The notes below the pieces were generated by a model. The model was given only the letters and a program-made list of their open reading frames with translations, ran no database searches and was not told the DNA's origin. From Planctomycetota bacterium (GTDB lineage: Bacteria > Planctomycetota > UBA8108 > SXIK01), in NCBI GenBank assembly GCA_965223265.1, contig OZ244999.1, forward strand, positions 5,408,001 to 5,472,000: a stretch of DNA of 64,000 nucleotides. Reading direction: 5' to 3'. The position numbers were made by a program, and so were the translations under genes. Every line of letters begins with the position of its first letter. Within the stretch, counting starts at the first letter, position 1. This document shows positions 47,994 to 57,715 of the stretch, in pieces.

Positions 47994-48977
47994 TCACGAA
48001 CCGGCGTCATCTCCCTCTCCTGCTTCATCTTCATCAGCGACGGCTTGCAAGAGTCCGCGCATGTAGCCGATCGCGAACAGCCGTCCGGCCATACTGTAGC
48101 CATCAGCCGCACCAGCTTCGCCTTCGAGCAGCGGTACGTGATCAGGACGTAGAACACCGTCGTAACCGATCTCACGATAGGCCCGCATGGCTCGCACCAT
48201 GTTGGTCTGACCGCAGTCGTGGAACGTCTCGCGAAACCTCGGCGTGCAGCCGACAACGTCACGGAAGTGGACGTAGTGGATCGCGTCGCGGAGGCGGTGA
48301 ATCGCGGCGACGACATCGACCCCCATTTCTGAAAAGCACCCTTGGCAAAAACAGACGCCGTTCGCCGCGCTCGGATTGAGGCCGATGAGGCGCTCAAAGT
48401 CCTCTACGCTCCCCATGATGCGAGGTTGACCGCCCAGGCTGTCAAGCCCCGGAGGATCGTCGGGGTGCATCGCCAGCTTGACTCCCGCTGACTCGGCGAC
48501 GGGCACGATCGCGGCGAGAAAATACTCGAGGTGCGCCCACAAATCTTCTGACTTCAACGCGGGTTCGCCCTGGTGCTCCGCGCGGTGCGCGCCCGCATCG
48601 ACTTCCGACGCGTCGAAGGCACTCACAAGCGCGCCACCACGATCCTCCACGTCAAATCGCGTCCGCGTCATGTCGCCCTGAGGCATGAAGTTGTAGCAGA
48701 GGACGGGTATCCCTACGGCGCCCATGTTGTCGATGAGGACGCGGAGGCGCTCAAGGTCGCGATCACGCTCAGGCAGGCCAAACACGGAGCTTTTGAGCGG
48801 CAGATGCCCCTCGATGGCAGCGATACTCAAGTCGCTCGCTGCGACGCGGTCACAAAGCTCGGCGAGGTTATCGCGCTGCTCACTCGTGAAGCGAACCACG
48901 ATGTCGGTGACTCCGACCTGTCGAGCCAGTCGCAGGTTCGATTCGTTGAGCGGTGTCAGAACAGTGGCGATCCGCAT
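47994..48977 (-). CDS. uxuA: mannonate dehydratase
   Basis: LCYNFM, LEYFL..IVPVAE..GVKLAMHPDDPP, NG.CFCQG, HFRDV, RPDHVP, FAIGYMRGL. Confidence 0.92.
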   Translation of the reverse strand: MRIATVLTPLNESNLRLARQVGVTDIVVRFTSEQRDNLAELCDRVAASDLSIAAIEGHLPLKSSVFGLPERDRDLERLRVLIDNMGAVGIPVLCYNFMPQGDMTRTRFDVEDRGGALVSAFDASEVDAGAHRAEHQGEPALKSEDLWAHLEYFLAAIVPVAESAGVKLAMHPDDPPGLDSLGGQPRIMGSVEDFERLIGLNPSAANGVCFCQGCFSEMGVDVVAAIHRLRDAIHYVHFRDVVGCTPRFRETFHDCGQTNMVRAMRAYREIGYDGVLRPDHVPLLEGEAGAADGYSMAGRLFAIGYMRGLLQAVADEDEAGEGDDAGS

Positions 48978-49048
48978 GTCATCGCTTCGGCTTTTTTTGA
49001 GTGACTCAGTTCACACAAGTCGAGAAGATCGAACAGAAAGACCCGGAG

Positions 49049-49130
49049 CGGCACACGGCGAGGCTGTGAGTCTTTTAAAAATGTGCCGTCGCGACTCACG
49101 GTTACGTCCGGACGGCACACGGAGTGTGCC
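49049..49130 (-). ncRNA. candidate pseudoknotted leader RNA upstream of uxuA
   Basis: Interlaced stems TGTGCCGTC/GACGGCACA and GTGAGTC/GACTCAC, plus alternative GGCACAC/GTGTGCC pairings; TATAGT at 49140-49135 on the minus strand. Confidence 0.45.
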
Positions 49131-49422
49131 TGCTACTATAGAGACGTCGCCAGTGTATCGCCGACTCGGATCGGCGCCAGGTAGATTCCTGCGGCCGTGA
49201 GACGCATCGATCTTTGGGTTCTATTCGGTCTATTGCTCCGGTAGCGCGGCGCCCTGCAGCACGGCACGAACGTGGAGGGGTTGCGGTCACCACCGACGCC
49301 GCGGGAAAATGCCTTGTTGATTCACCGCGACGATCTGCTTGGACGGCCCATCGCGGTTTTTCATTCCGCAGCTCGCCTCGCTCGCAACAACGAATCCGGC
49401 CGGAGTTCCATGGGAGGAAAAG

Positions 49423-50637
49423 ATGATTCGATCGTGTGCTTTGACCCTCATCGCGTTTGCCTGCTTGACGCTTCTTCTCACCCTCGGCAAAGACAACTCC
49501 TCCGCCACCGCGAAGGACTCTCGACAACTCCCAGGCGCGCGCTTGACGATCGACGCCGCGCGCTATCCGACGCTGCAGGAAGCGTTCGATGCTCTCCCCC
49601 CCGAAGGCGGAGTCGTTGAGCTTCCGGCCGGTACGTTCGAGATCACCTCGCCGCTTCGCGTTGCCCGTGAAGATGTCCTGATTCGCGGCGCCGGCACTGC
49701 GACGCACATCCGCAACGTCAACACAGCTGGCGAGCCAGCGCTCGTCATCGAGCCGCCGGACCTCGCCTCGAACCCAAAGTCGATGCTTTGGCGTATCATG
49801 CTCGCCGACTTTCGCATCACCGGGAACGAGAAGAGCGGACACGGCGTCGTTGCACGCAACCTCAACGAGTTCTACGTCAGCGGCCTCACCGTGAGTTACA
49901 ACGGTGGCGACGGGCTGCACATGGACTACTGCTACGAGGATCCGCGCGTTTGCGACTCACTCATCACATACAACAAGGGAAGCGGCATCCGTCTGAAACG
50001 CTGCCACGACATCGTCGTCGCTAGCAACCAGCTCGAAGAGAATCAAGACGGCGTTGTTTGCACCGACAGCTTCAATCTCTGCATGACGGGAAACAACCTT
50101 GACGACCATCTCGGCGATGGAGTCATCATCGAGTATACGTACGGGTCTGTGCTCGCCGGCAACATGATCGAAGAGTGCAAGGGAACGGCCGTCGTTCTTG
50201 ATCGAGACTGCTACGGCATCACGATCAGTGCCAACGTGATCGCGCACAACATGGCCGGCGGCGTCGACCTTCGCGACGCGCACGGCTGCGCGGTCAGCGC
50301 CAACACCTTCACCATTGTCAAGGGGCGCGCCGTGTACGTTGGCCCGAAGAGCGGCCGCATCACCGTCAGCGCCAACAACTTCTCCGACAGTTTCCTGGGC
50401 GTCGACGGCGCCAATGTGCGCAAAAACGCCGAGCCAGCCACAGGCATCTTCCTGGAAGGTACAAAGGACGTGGCCATCTCGGGCAACGTCTTCTCCGGAC
50501 TACAGAGCAAGGCGGTGACGTCGATCGCGCCGAGTCAACGCGTCGTCTTCAACGGCAACGTCGTGACGGAAGTTCTCGGCAGCGACCATGCGCACCTCAG
50601 CGGTGTGTCATCCGACAACGTCGACTGGGGCGAGTGA
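49423..50637 (+). CDS. exported right-handed parallel beta-helix repeat protein
   Basis: GGAGG RBS, signal peptide, LQEAFD..GGVV.LPAG, repeated N..ISAN/GN beta-helix units. Confidence 0.88.
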   Translation: MIRSCALTLIAFACLTLLLTLGKDNSSATAKDSRQLPGARLTIDAARYPTLQEAFDALPPEGGVVELPAGTFEITSPLRVAREDVLIRGAGTATHIRNVNTAGEPALVIEPPDLASNPKSMLWRIMLADFRITGNEKSGHGVVARNLNEFYVSGLTVSYNGGDGLHMDYCYEDPRVCDSLITYNKGSGIRLKRCHDIVVASNQLEENQDGVVCTDSFNLCMTGNNLDDHLGDGVIIEYTYGSVLAGNMIEECKGTAVVLDRDCYGITISANVIAHNMAGGVDLRDAHGCAVSANTFTIVKGRAVYVGPKSGRITVSANNFSDSFLGVDGANVRKNAEPATGIFLEGTKDVAISGNVFSGLQSKAVTSIAPSQRVVFNGNVVTEVLGSDHAHLSGVSSDNVDWGE

Positions 50638-50700
50638 GCGCTCCAGAGTGTGGATGCTCGACGGGGGAACGTTCAACGTGGAATCGCAGACGACGCGCAC

Positions 50701-51627
50701 CTATCGCGCCGTGAGCTCTTCGTAGATCTTGGCAATCTGCGCCTGGAAGCGCTCGCCAACATAGCGCTCGAGCGCTGCCGGCACTTTGACCGATTGCTGC
50801 AATTCCTCGAGGCTCTTGCCGGCGGCGATGCCGTCGCGCACGGCAAACCGCAGCGTAGCGATGTAACGTCGTTGCAGCTCGATGAGGCTGCGATCGCCGC
50901 ATGGTCCGTGCCCCGGGGCGACGACTTCGACATCGAGTTCGAGTAGTGCGTCGAGGACATCGAGCCATGAGCCGGTGTCCCCGTCGCCCATGTAGTTGTA
51001 CGGTCCATTGACGACCGTGTCGCCGGTGTAGAGCACTTTCTCCTTGGGCAGGTAAGCAAAACCATCGCCGCGGGTGTGGGCAGTGCCGAAGTGAAGCAGC
51101 TCCATCCGCCGCTTCCCATCGTCGATGACCATGCGTCGAGGATACGTGAGGACCGGCAGCATCGGACCGTCGCGCTTGAGCGCGCGAATGTCGGCACGTT
51201 TCTCCTCCTGCTCTGCCCAACGCTGCGGCTCGAAACGCTTGAACTCCTCGACTACCTTCTCTGCAGCGACCGGCAGTGCGCCGTGCCGCCGCCAAATGGG
51301 ATTCCCATAGGCGTGATCGCCGTGGTGGTGCGTGTCGAACACGAAACGCACCGGATGGGATGTGCGTTCACGGATGTCCTTCAGACACGCTTCGGCACCG
51401 CTAGGAAAGTTGGCGTCGACGACGACGACGAAATCCTCAAAGACGACGAAGCCGTTGTTACAGTGTGACTCGCCCTTGAGATCGCCGTGACGGAAGAAGA
51501 TGCCAGGTGCAAGTTCGGCGACGTCGTTCTTCGACGTTTCTGGAATCGGGCTCAGAAGCGCGGCAGCGGCGCCCATACTCATGGTCAACATGACGAGGAA
51601 GGCAGGCACCAAAGTTCGACGTTTCAT
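50701..51627 (-). CDS. exported MBL-fold metallo-hydrolase
   Basis: THHHGDH, AHT.GD, TGD, PGHG; signal peptide MKRRTLV. Confidence 0.92.
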   Translation of the reverse strand: MKRRTLVPAFLVMLTMSMGAAAALLSPIPETSKNDVAELAPGIFFRHGDLKGESHCNNGFVVFEDFVVVVDANFPSGAEACLKDIRERTSHPVRFVFDTHHHGDHAYGNPIWRRHGALPVAAEKVVEEFKRFEPQRWAEQEEKRADIRALKRDGPMLPVLTYPRRMVIDDGKRRMELLHFGTAHTRGDGFAYLPKEKVLYTGDTVVNGPYNYMGDGDTGSWLDVLDALLELDVEVVAPGHGPCGDRSLIELQRRYIATLRFAVRDGIAAGKSLEELQQSVKVPAALERYVGERFQAQIAKIYEELTAR

Positions 51628-51908
51628 GGAATCTCCTAGGCTCGAGCTCGACCGATCAGGAGGTGTCGGTTCCGTAGATAGCAGACTTCGCCTGCAAATT
51701 GTCGCCATGAGGTTCGGATTCGGCAACCGGATTCAGTCAACGTCCGTCTGCAAGCGATCTACCCGTAGCGTCGCGAGTTCTGCGAGCAGCGAAATTCTCT
51801 CTCGGCCAGCGGGAATCTTTCCGGTATCCTCGATTCGTACGCTAACCTCGCGTACTCTTCTGGCTCGATTCAGATGAGTATGCGCCCGCTCATCGAAGGC
51901 CCTTTGGG

Positions 51909-54647
51909 GTGACCTCCTTGCGAAACGTTTTACTTTGCGCTTTTTCGGCGATCACGATCTTCGCGGCGGAAGCGGTGTTGATCGCCGCGCCGAACCCACA
52001 GATCAGCGGTATCTTCCCCCCAGGCGGTACGGCGGGAACGACGTCCGAAGTCACCGTTACGGGCTCTCACCTCGACCCCAGCACCACGCTGCAGGCGACG
52101 ATGTTTCCAAAATCGATGCCCGGTGGAATTGAGTTCGAGATCGTACAAACCGCCGCAGGCGACGAACCTGCTGCGACGTCCTCGCCGCTCAGATTCCGAG
52201 CTCGCATCGATGCTGCGACGCCACCAGGAGTCTACGACGTCCGCACCGTCAGCGCGCAGGGCGTCAGTCAACCCAGAGCGTTCCATGTCACTCGTCGCCC
52301 AGCGCTCGAGCATGATGAGGCGTGGGACGAAGCTTGGCACACAGGTGATCGCCGGGCGCAGTTTCGGCTCAAAGACTCTGCGTCGACTGGCCCTGCGGAC
52401 AACACCGAAGGCACTGCAGCGCGTAGACCCCTTCTCGCCGACCTCGGCTGCGTTGTCAGCGGCTCGATCGCAGAGAAAGGCGACGTCGACACGATCGCCT
52501 TTGCGGCACGACGCGGCCAAAGAGTCATCGTCGAATGCTGGGCAGAGCGGATCGATTCGTCGCTGCGCGGCGTGGTCGAGCTGATGGACGCAGACGGCAG
52601 ACGGCTCGCCGTCAGTCGAGGCTTCTTTCGTGGCGACGCGCTGGTCACCACCATGATCCCGGCCGACGGTGTCTACGTCGCACGTCTGCACGACCTCGTT
52701 TTCGCCGGGAGCGAAGAGCACTTCTACCGCCTTAGCATCGACACCGGACCCCGCGTTCTCTTTTCAACGCCACCGGCCGTGTCACCGCAGACGACGTCCA
52801 ACGTGACGCTGCATGGCTGGAACCTCGGCGCTCGGGCGATCGCCTCGACCACTTTGAACGCCGCTTTGACGACGACCTCCATAGAACCCGCCAAGCGGCC
52901 AGGGAACGGCGTCAGCGCCTGGGGGCTCGAGGCGATCCACGTCGAGCTGCGCAGCCCGCCGGCGAACGCGTCGAACTGGCTGCCAATCGTACGTCGTCCC
53001 GCCGAGCTCGGCGTGGACGGCTTCGCTCACGTACATCCCGGTAGCGATGTTCCTGTCTTCGTCGGGCTGACTGCACTGCCGATCGTCCTGGCAAGCGGTG
53101 ACAACTTGACGGCCACCGACGCTCAGAGCGTAGAGCATCCAGCGGCAATTTTCGGCCGCCTCATCGGTGGGCGGGAACAACACTGGTACACCTTCACCGC
53201 GCGGCGCGGTGAGGTCGTGTGGCTCGAGGGGCTCGGAGATCGCCTAGGAGCCCCCATTGATCTCGACTTGACGATTCTTGACGCGGGCGGTGAAGTGGAA
53301 TTGGCCCGCTTCACGGATTCGCCACAAAACCCGGGCGGCAAACGCTTCCCATCCGCGCACGTCGATCCACACGGTCGGTGGATCGCGCCCCGCGATGGGC
53401 AGTTCTTGGTTTTGGTTCGCAACCTCACGGGAGGTATCGAAGACGATCCACGCCGCATCTACGGGGTGACATTCGAACGCGCCCTGCCGGACTTCGATAT
53501 AGCGCTCGTGCCGCGCCCTGAATCACCAAGCGCCATCAACCTCCAGCGCGGCGGACGCGAGCTGGCCGACGTGGTGATTCATCGTCGCCGCGGCATGGAA
53601 GCACCTGTGCGTGTCTCGGCCCGCGCACTGCCGCCGGGCGTGGAGTGCGCGGACGTGTGGATCGGGCCGGGCGTCGATCGAGCGCCGATCGTCTTCTCCG
53701 CTGTCGATAGCGCGTCGAGAGGCGTTTCACGAATCGAACTCATTGGGGTAGCCATGGACCACATCGCCGACGTCAACGAGCGAGACCTGAATCAGGTAGA
53801 CGTCAGTAAGGGCGGCAACAGCGACTCCTTTCTCTACACTCAGCGTGCGGACGCAGCCAGCCTACGCGCTGCCGGCGAACTCGCGAAAACGGTGCGTGGC
53901 GCCACAGTGGTGCGTGGCGGGCTGCCGAACGGCAGTGGCCGCTTAGCGCAAGAAACGGTGCTCGCAGTCCGCGGCGATGCACGCCTGCGCTTGACCGCAG
54001 CAGCTAACGATCGCGCCTACCAGCGCGGCACGGTGGTAACGCTCACGATCGACGTGACGCGAGTAGGCACCGGCGAGCCAGCTGACGTTGAGCTCGAAGG
54101 CGCTGGATTGCCGCCGCTGGTCACGCAGCAGTTTGCGTCGATCGACGCTGCGAAAAGCAGCGGTTTCCTCTGCTTCTATCTGCCGGAATCGATGCCGCTC
54201 GGCCGCTACTCTCTGGCCGTCAAAGCCGAATCGACCGTTGAAGTCACCGACGCCGACGGTGCAAAGAGTCGAGCGGCCGCGACTGCTTTCAGCAACGTCG
54301 TCTCCTTCGAAGTCTATCCTGCACCGTTCGTGATCAAGATCGACCCGCGCGCACCGCGAAAGATCCGACGCGGCGAAGTCGTGCAGGTGCAGTATGAAGC
54401 GAAGCGCCAAAACGGTTTCATCGGCAAGATCCACACCGAAATGGTCGCACCCCAAGGCATTGTTGGGTTGCGGGGCCGCGGCGTGACGTTTATCAGTCAG
54501 TCGGAAACAGGTAACATCCAGATCATCGCCTCGGATGATGCTCCCCTCGGCAAGCAACCGTTTCTTCAATTCGAGGCCGTCGGCACCGTCGAAGACAAAG
54601 GTGTCTATCGCAGCAGCTGCTTCGTCGACTTGGAAATCATCGAGTGA
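51909..54647 (+). CDS. PPC (pre-peptidase C-terminal) domain protein of the DUF1501 cluster
   Basis: IFPPGG.AGT..EV.V.G, G.I...GDVD...F.A..GQ, A.R.DS, YRL motifs; signal peptide. Confidence 0.85.
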   Translation: MTSLRNVLLCAFSAITIFAAEAVLIAAPNPQISGIFPPGGTAGTTSEVTVTGSHLDPSTTLQATMFPKSMPGGIEFEIVQTAAGDEPAATSSPLRFRARIDAATPPGVYDVRTVSAQGVSQPRAFHVTRRPALEHDEAWDEAWHTGDRRAQFRLKDSASTGPADNTEGTAARRPLLADLGCVVSGSIAEKGDVDTIAFAARRGQRVIVECWAERIDSSLRGVVELMDADGRRLAVSRGFFRGDALVTTMIPADGVYVARLHDLVFAGSEEHFYRLSIDTGPRVLFSTPPAVSPQTTSNVTLHGWNLGARAIASTTLNAALTTTSIEPAKRPGNGVSAWGLEAIHVELRSPPANASNWLPIVRRPAELGVDGFAHVHPGSDVPVFVGLTALPIVLASGDNLTATDAQSVEHPAAIFGRLIGGREQHWYTFTARRGEVVWLEGLGDRLGAPIDLDLTILDAGGEVELARFTDSPQNPGGKRFPSAHVDPHGRWIAPRDGQFLVLVRNLTGGIEDDPRRIYGVTFERALPDFDIALVPRPESPSAINLQRGGRELADVVIHRRRGMEAPVRVSARALPPGVECADVWIGPGVDRAPIVFSAVDSASRGVSRIELIGVAMDHIADVNERDLNQVDVSKGGNSDSFLYTQRADAASLRAAGELAKTVRGATVVRGGLPNGSGRLAQETVLAVRGDARLRLTAAANDRAYQRGTVVTLTIDVTRVGTGEPADVELEGAGLPPLVTQQFASIDAAKSSGFLCFYLPESMPLGRYSLAVKAESTVEVTDADGAKSRAAATAFSNVVSFEVYPAPFVIKIDPRAPRKIRRGEVVQVQYEAKRQNGFIGKIHTEMVAPQGIVGLRGRGVTFISQSETGNIQIIASDDAPLGKQPFLQFEAVGTVEDKGVYRSSCFVDLEIIE

Positions 54648-57397
54648 CCTCGCTCGGCCGTCGAAGGGACCATCTGGATCGGCCGAAAGCCGCCGGTGAA
54701 GATCCAGCGTCCCAGCGGGCGACTCACATCTTGCACCGCGAGCTTCCACCCAGCATCATGGGTCTCATGGTCCAACGACGCTGGCACGTAGTGAGCTCAC
54801 GCCATCTGCCGCCAATGCAGCTGGTAGCACTTTTTCTTGGATTCGCCGCGGTAACGTTCTGCGCCGCGCCCGTCGCTGCGGCACCGCCGCAAAACGATGT
54901 TCCGAGACGGAAGACGACACTCACCGCGCGCGCCGGTAGCTGGCATGAGCTGACGTGTTTTCCACCTCGCGTCGATGTCTACGCCGGCGGCGCGCAGCAA
55001 ATCGCCGTCAGCGCCATAGATGATCGCGGACGGCCTCGAGACGTCACAGCTCAGTGCGGGATCGAAGTCGCAGATGCCGGGACTGTTAGTGTCACGTCTT
55101 CAGGTTTGGTGCGATCCACGGGCAGCGGCGAGACGGAACTGCACATCCGACTCGGCGCTGAGAGTCTTCGGGTGCCGGTCCATGTACGCCCCCTCGCCGA
55201 CAGGCCACCGCTCAGTTTTGTTGATGACGTCGTGCCGATTCTGACCAAGGCCGGCTGCAACGGCGGTGGCTGCCACGGTAAAGCGACGGGTCAGAACGGC
55301 TTCATGCTCTCGCTGCTCGGGTTCGACCCGAAGTTTGACCACGTGTCGCTCACGCGGGGTGCGTTCGGTCGTCGTCTCGGAATCGCCGCTGAGGACACAC
55401 TCCTGATGCGCAAGGCGACAGCTTCCATGCCGCATGGTGGCGGTCCTCGCCTACAGCGACACTCTGACTCCTACAACGTCCTCAAGGAGTGGCTCGAAAG
55501 CGATGCGCCGCCTCCGACAAGCGCCATGCCGCAACTTCGGACGGTTTCCATCCACCCCACGCAGATGACTCTGCCGCCTCTGAGCCGCCAGCAGCTCGTT
55601 GTCACCGCAGAATTCTCCGACGGCTCGCGGCGAGACGTGACGCGAGAAGCTGTGTACATCGTCAACGAACCGGATCTCGCAATCGCTAGCGACAGCGGAC
55701 TTGTCGAGACGCGTGAGCGAGGTGGTGTCTTCGCGGTGATGGTTCGTTTCGGAGCGGCGATGCATGTGTTCCATGGCACGGTACCCTTTTCTCAAGCGGC
55801 GGGCCGAGAGACGCCCAGCCGAACGCCGTCTGAGCGTGGCACCCCGGCTGCTCAATTAGATGCCTTGGAACAAGATTTAACGGCTCGCGCCGCCCTCTCT
55901 CCGATCGATCGCGACCTCTTCGCCCAGTGGCGCCGCCTCGGCGTCGTGCCTTCGCCGCCGGTAAGTGACGCCGCGTTTATCCGACGTGCCAGCCTCGACA
56001 TCTGCGGTGTTCTTCCCACCGTCGAAGAGATCTCGGCGTACGAAGCGGATACCCGCGCCGACAAGAGAGCTCGTCTCATCGACAGGCTTCTCGATCGTCC
56101 CGAGTATGCAGCCTTCTTCGCCCTGAAGTGGGCCGACATTCTGCAGAACCGAGGTCGCGGCTATGGCACAAGCCGACAACGTCCCGGGACGGCGCTTTTT
56201 AGCAGCTGGATCAGAGATTCATTCCGCACCAACAAGCCATACACACAGTTCGTCAGCGAGATCATCACTGCATCGGGAAGCCAGGAGCTCAATCCGCCGA
56301 CGGTGTGGTACCGCTCGGTGCGGACGACGCAAGACTACGTCGAGTCGGTCGCGCAGGCATTTCTTGGTGTCCGTATTCAGTGCGCACAATGCCATCACCA
56401 TCCGTTCGAACTCTGGAGTCAGGCAGACTACTACGGTCTTGCGGCGATCTTTGCGCGGGTCGGTCGCAAGGGCGGCTTCGCCGATGCCGAAGTTCCGACC
56501 GGGGAGACGATTTACCTCAAACACTCCGGAGAGATTCGCCATCCGCGTTCGGGGGAAGTGATCTCTCCGAAGCCTCTTGAGGCCGCTGCGCTTAAGCTCG
56601 GGCCGTACGAGGATCCCCGCCACCACTTCGCTGCATGGCTGTCAGCTCCCGACAACCCGTTCGTCGCCCGCACCATGGCCAACCGCGTCTGGGGGCATTT
56701 CTTCGGCCGCGGCATCATCCACCCGATCGACGACGCGAGGAGTACGAACCCTCCCACCAACCCACAGCTGCTCGAGACGCTCTCGAGTGACTTCGTCGCT
56801 AGTGGATTCGACGTCAAGGCGCTGATCCGTCGCGTCTGTAGTTCCTATGCGTACAGTCTCAGCTCGCTGCCGAATGACACGAATCGAGACGACGTACAAA
56901 GCTTCGCGAGATTCTATCCCCGCCGATTGTCGGCTGAAGTCTTGCTCGATGCGCTCAGCCAAGTAACGGCCGTGCCAACGGAATTTCCGGGTGGTCCGGG
57001 CAAATTCCCGCTCGGTACGAGAGCGACCGAGCTACCGGACGAAAACGTCAATTCCAACTTTCTTGAGGTGTTCGGGCGACCGGCGCGCACCTCCGCGTGC
57101 GAGTGCGAAAGGACATCGGGGGCGTCTCTGCAGCAAGCACTGGAGCTGGTGAACTCGCAGGAAGTTCAGCGCAAGTTGACGGCTGAGGATGGCTACGTGG
57201 AGCGCTTGATTGCGGCGGACAAGGACGACGTCGAAAATGTGGTCGACATCTTTCGACGCACGCTTTCTCGCCGACCCCGCGCCGAGGAGCAGCGCACCGC
57301 GCTCGAATTCCTAGGCACTGTCCCTGATCGCCGCGAGGCCTATCGATCACTCCTCTGGTCCCTCCTGGCAACCAACGAGTTCTTGTTCAATCTTTGA
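54644..57397 (+). CDS. DUF1549/DUF1553 (PSD1-type) protein with Ig-like domains
   Basis: SF..DV.PIL..AGCN.GGCHG, F.RR..LD..G..PT, CAQCHHHPF..W.Q.DYY, ANRVW, RL.AE.L.D, EFLFN. Start uncertain. Confidence 0.92.
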   Translation: MTSLGRRRDHLDRPKAAGEDPASQRATHILHRELPPSIMGLMVQRRWHVVSSRHLPPMQLVALFLGFAAVTFCAAPVAAAPPQNDVPRRKTTLTARAGSWHELTCFPPRVDVYAGGAQQIAVSAIDDRGRPRDVTAQCGIEVADAGTVSVTSSGLVRSTGSGETELHIRLGAESLRVPVHVRPLADRPPLSFVDDVVPILTKAGCNGGGCHGKATGQNGFMLSLLGFDPKFDHVSLTRGAFGRRLGIAAEDTLLMRKATASMPHGGGPRLQRHSDSYNVLKEWLESDAPPPTSAMPQLRTVSIHPTQMTLPPLSRQQLVVTAEFSDGSRRDVTREAVYIVNEPDLAIASDSGLVETRERGGVFAVMVRFGAAMHVFHGTVPFSQAAGRETPSRTPSERGTPAAQLDALEQDLTARAALSPIDRDLFAQWRRLGVVPSPPVSDAAFIRRASLDICGVLPTVEEISAYEADTRADKRARLIDRLLDRPEYAAFFALKWADILQNRGRGYGTSRQRPGTALFSSWIRDSFRTNKPYTQFVSEIITASGSQELNPPTVWYRSVRTTQDYVESVAQAFLGVRIQCAQCHHHPFELWSQADYYGLAAIFARVGRKGGFADAEVPTGETIYLKHSGEIRHPRSGEVISPKPLEAAALKLGPYEDPRHHFAAWLSAPDNPFVARTMANRVWGHFFGRGIIHPIDDARSTNPPTNPQLLETLSSDFVASGFDVKALIRRVCSSYAYSLSSLPNDTNRDDVQSFARFYPRRLSAEVLLDALSQVTAVPTEFPGGPGKFPLGTRATELPDENVNSNFLEVFGRPARTSACECERTSGASLQQALELVNSQEVQRKLTAEDGYVERLIAADKDDVENVVDIFRRTLSRRPRAEEQRTALEFLGTVPDRREAYRSLLWSLLATNEFLFNL

Positions 57398-57715
57398 ACT
57401 CGAGCTGCAAAGTCGTTTCAGCGCGGCTCACGGCTCATGAGGGGCTACAGAGCATCGAGTCGAGGAGCCTCGCCAACACGACGCGAAGGGAAGGCGGAAA
57501 GCAGCGCCGCCAGTATTCGTTTTCGGCCTTCGGTTCTGGCCTCGCCGGCGCTTTTCGGTGGCCTCGACCGGAGGATTCGGGCATCCTGGGGCGAGAGTCG
57601 TGTCGGCGATTGCGAGTGATTCGCGCGAGCTGCCGCGAATCGACCGACTAACGCTGGTTTGGCGCGGGCTCCTGGAAACTTTAGCGAGAGACATTAGCAG
57701 AGGGACGAAGGGCTG

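Noticed and set aside
49049-49130. assignment to SAM-II, preQ1, guanidine-III or pistol ribozyme; -1 frameshift site
   Set aside because: Diagnostic conserved nucleotides are not recognisable, and TTTAAAA is not within a credible ORF.
57400-57715. hairpins between DUF1553 and DUF1501 genes
   Set aside because: Short GC-rich stems are expected by chance; no repeat match or recognisable motif.
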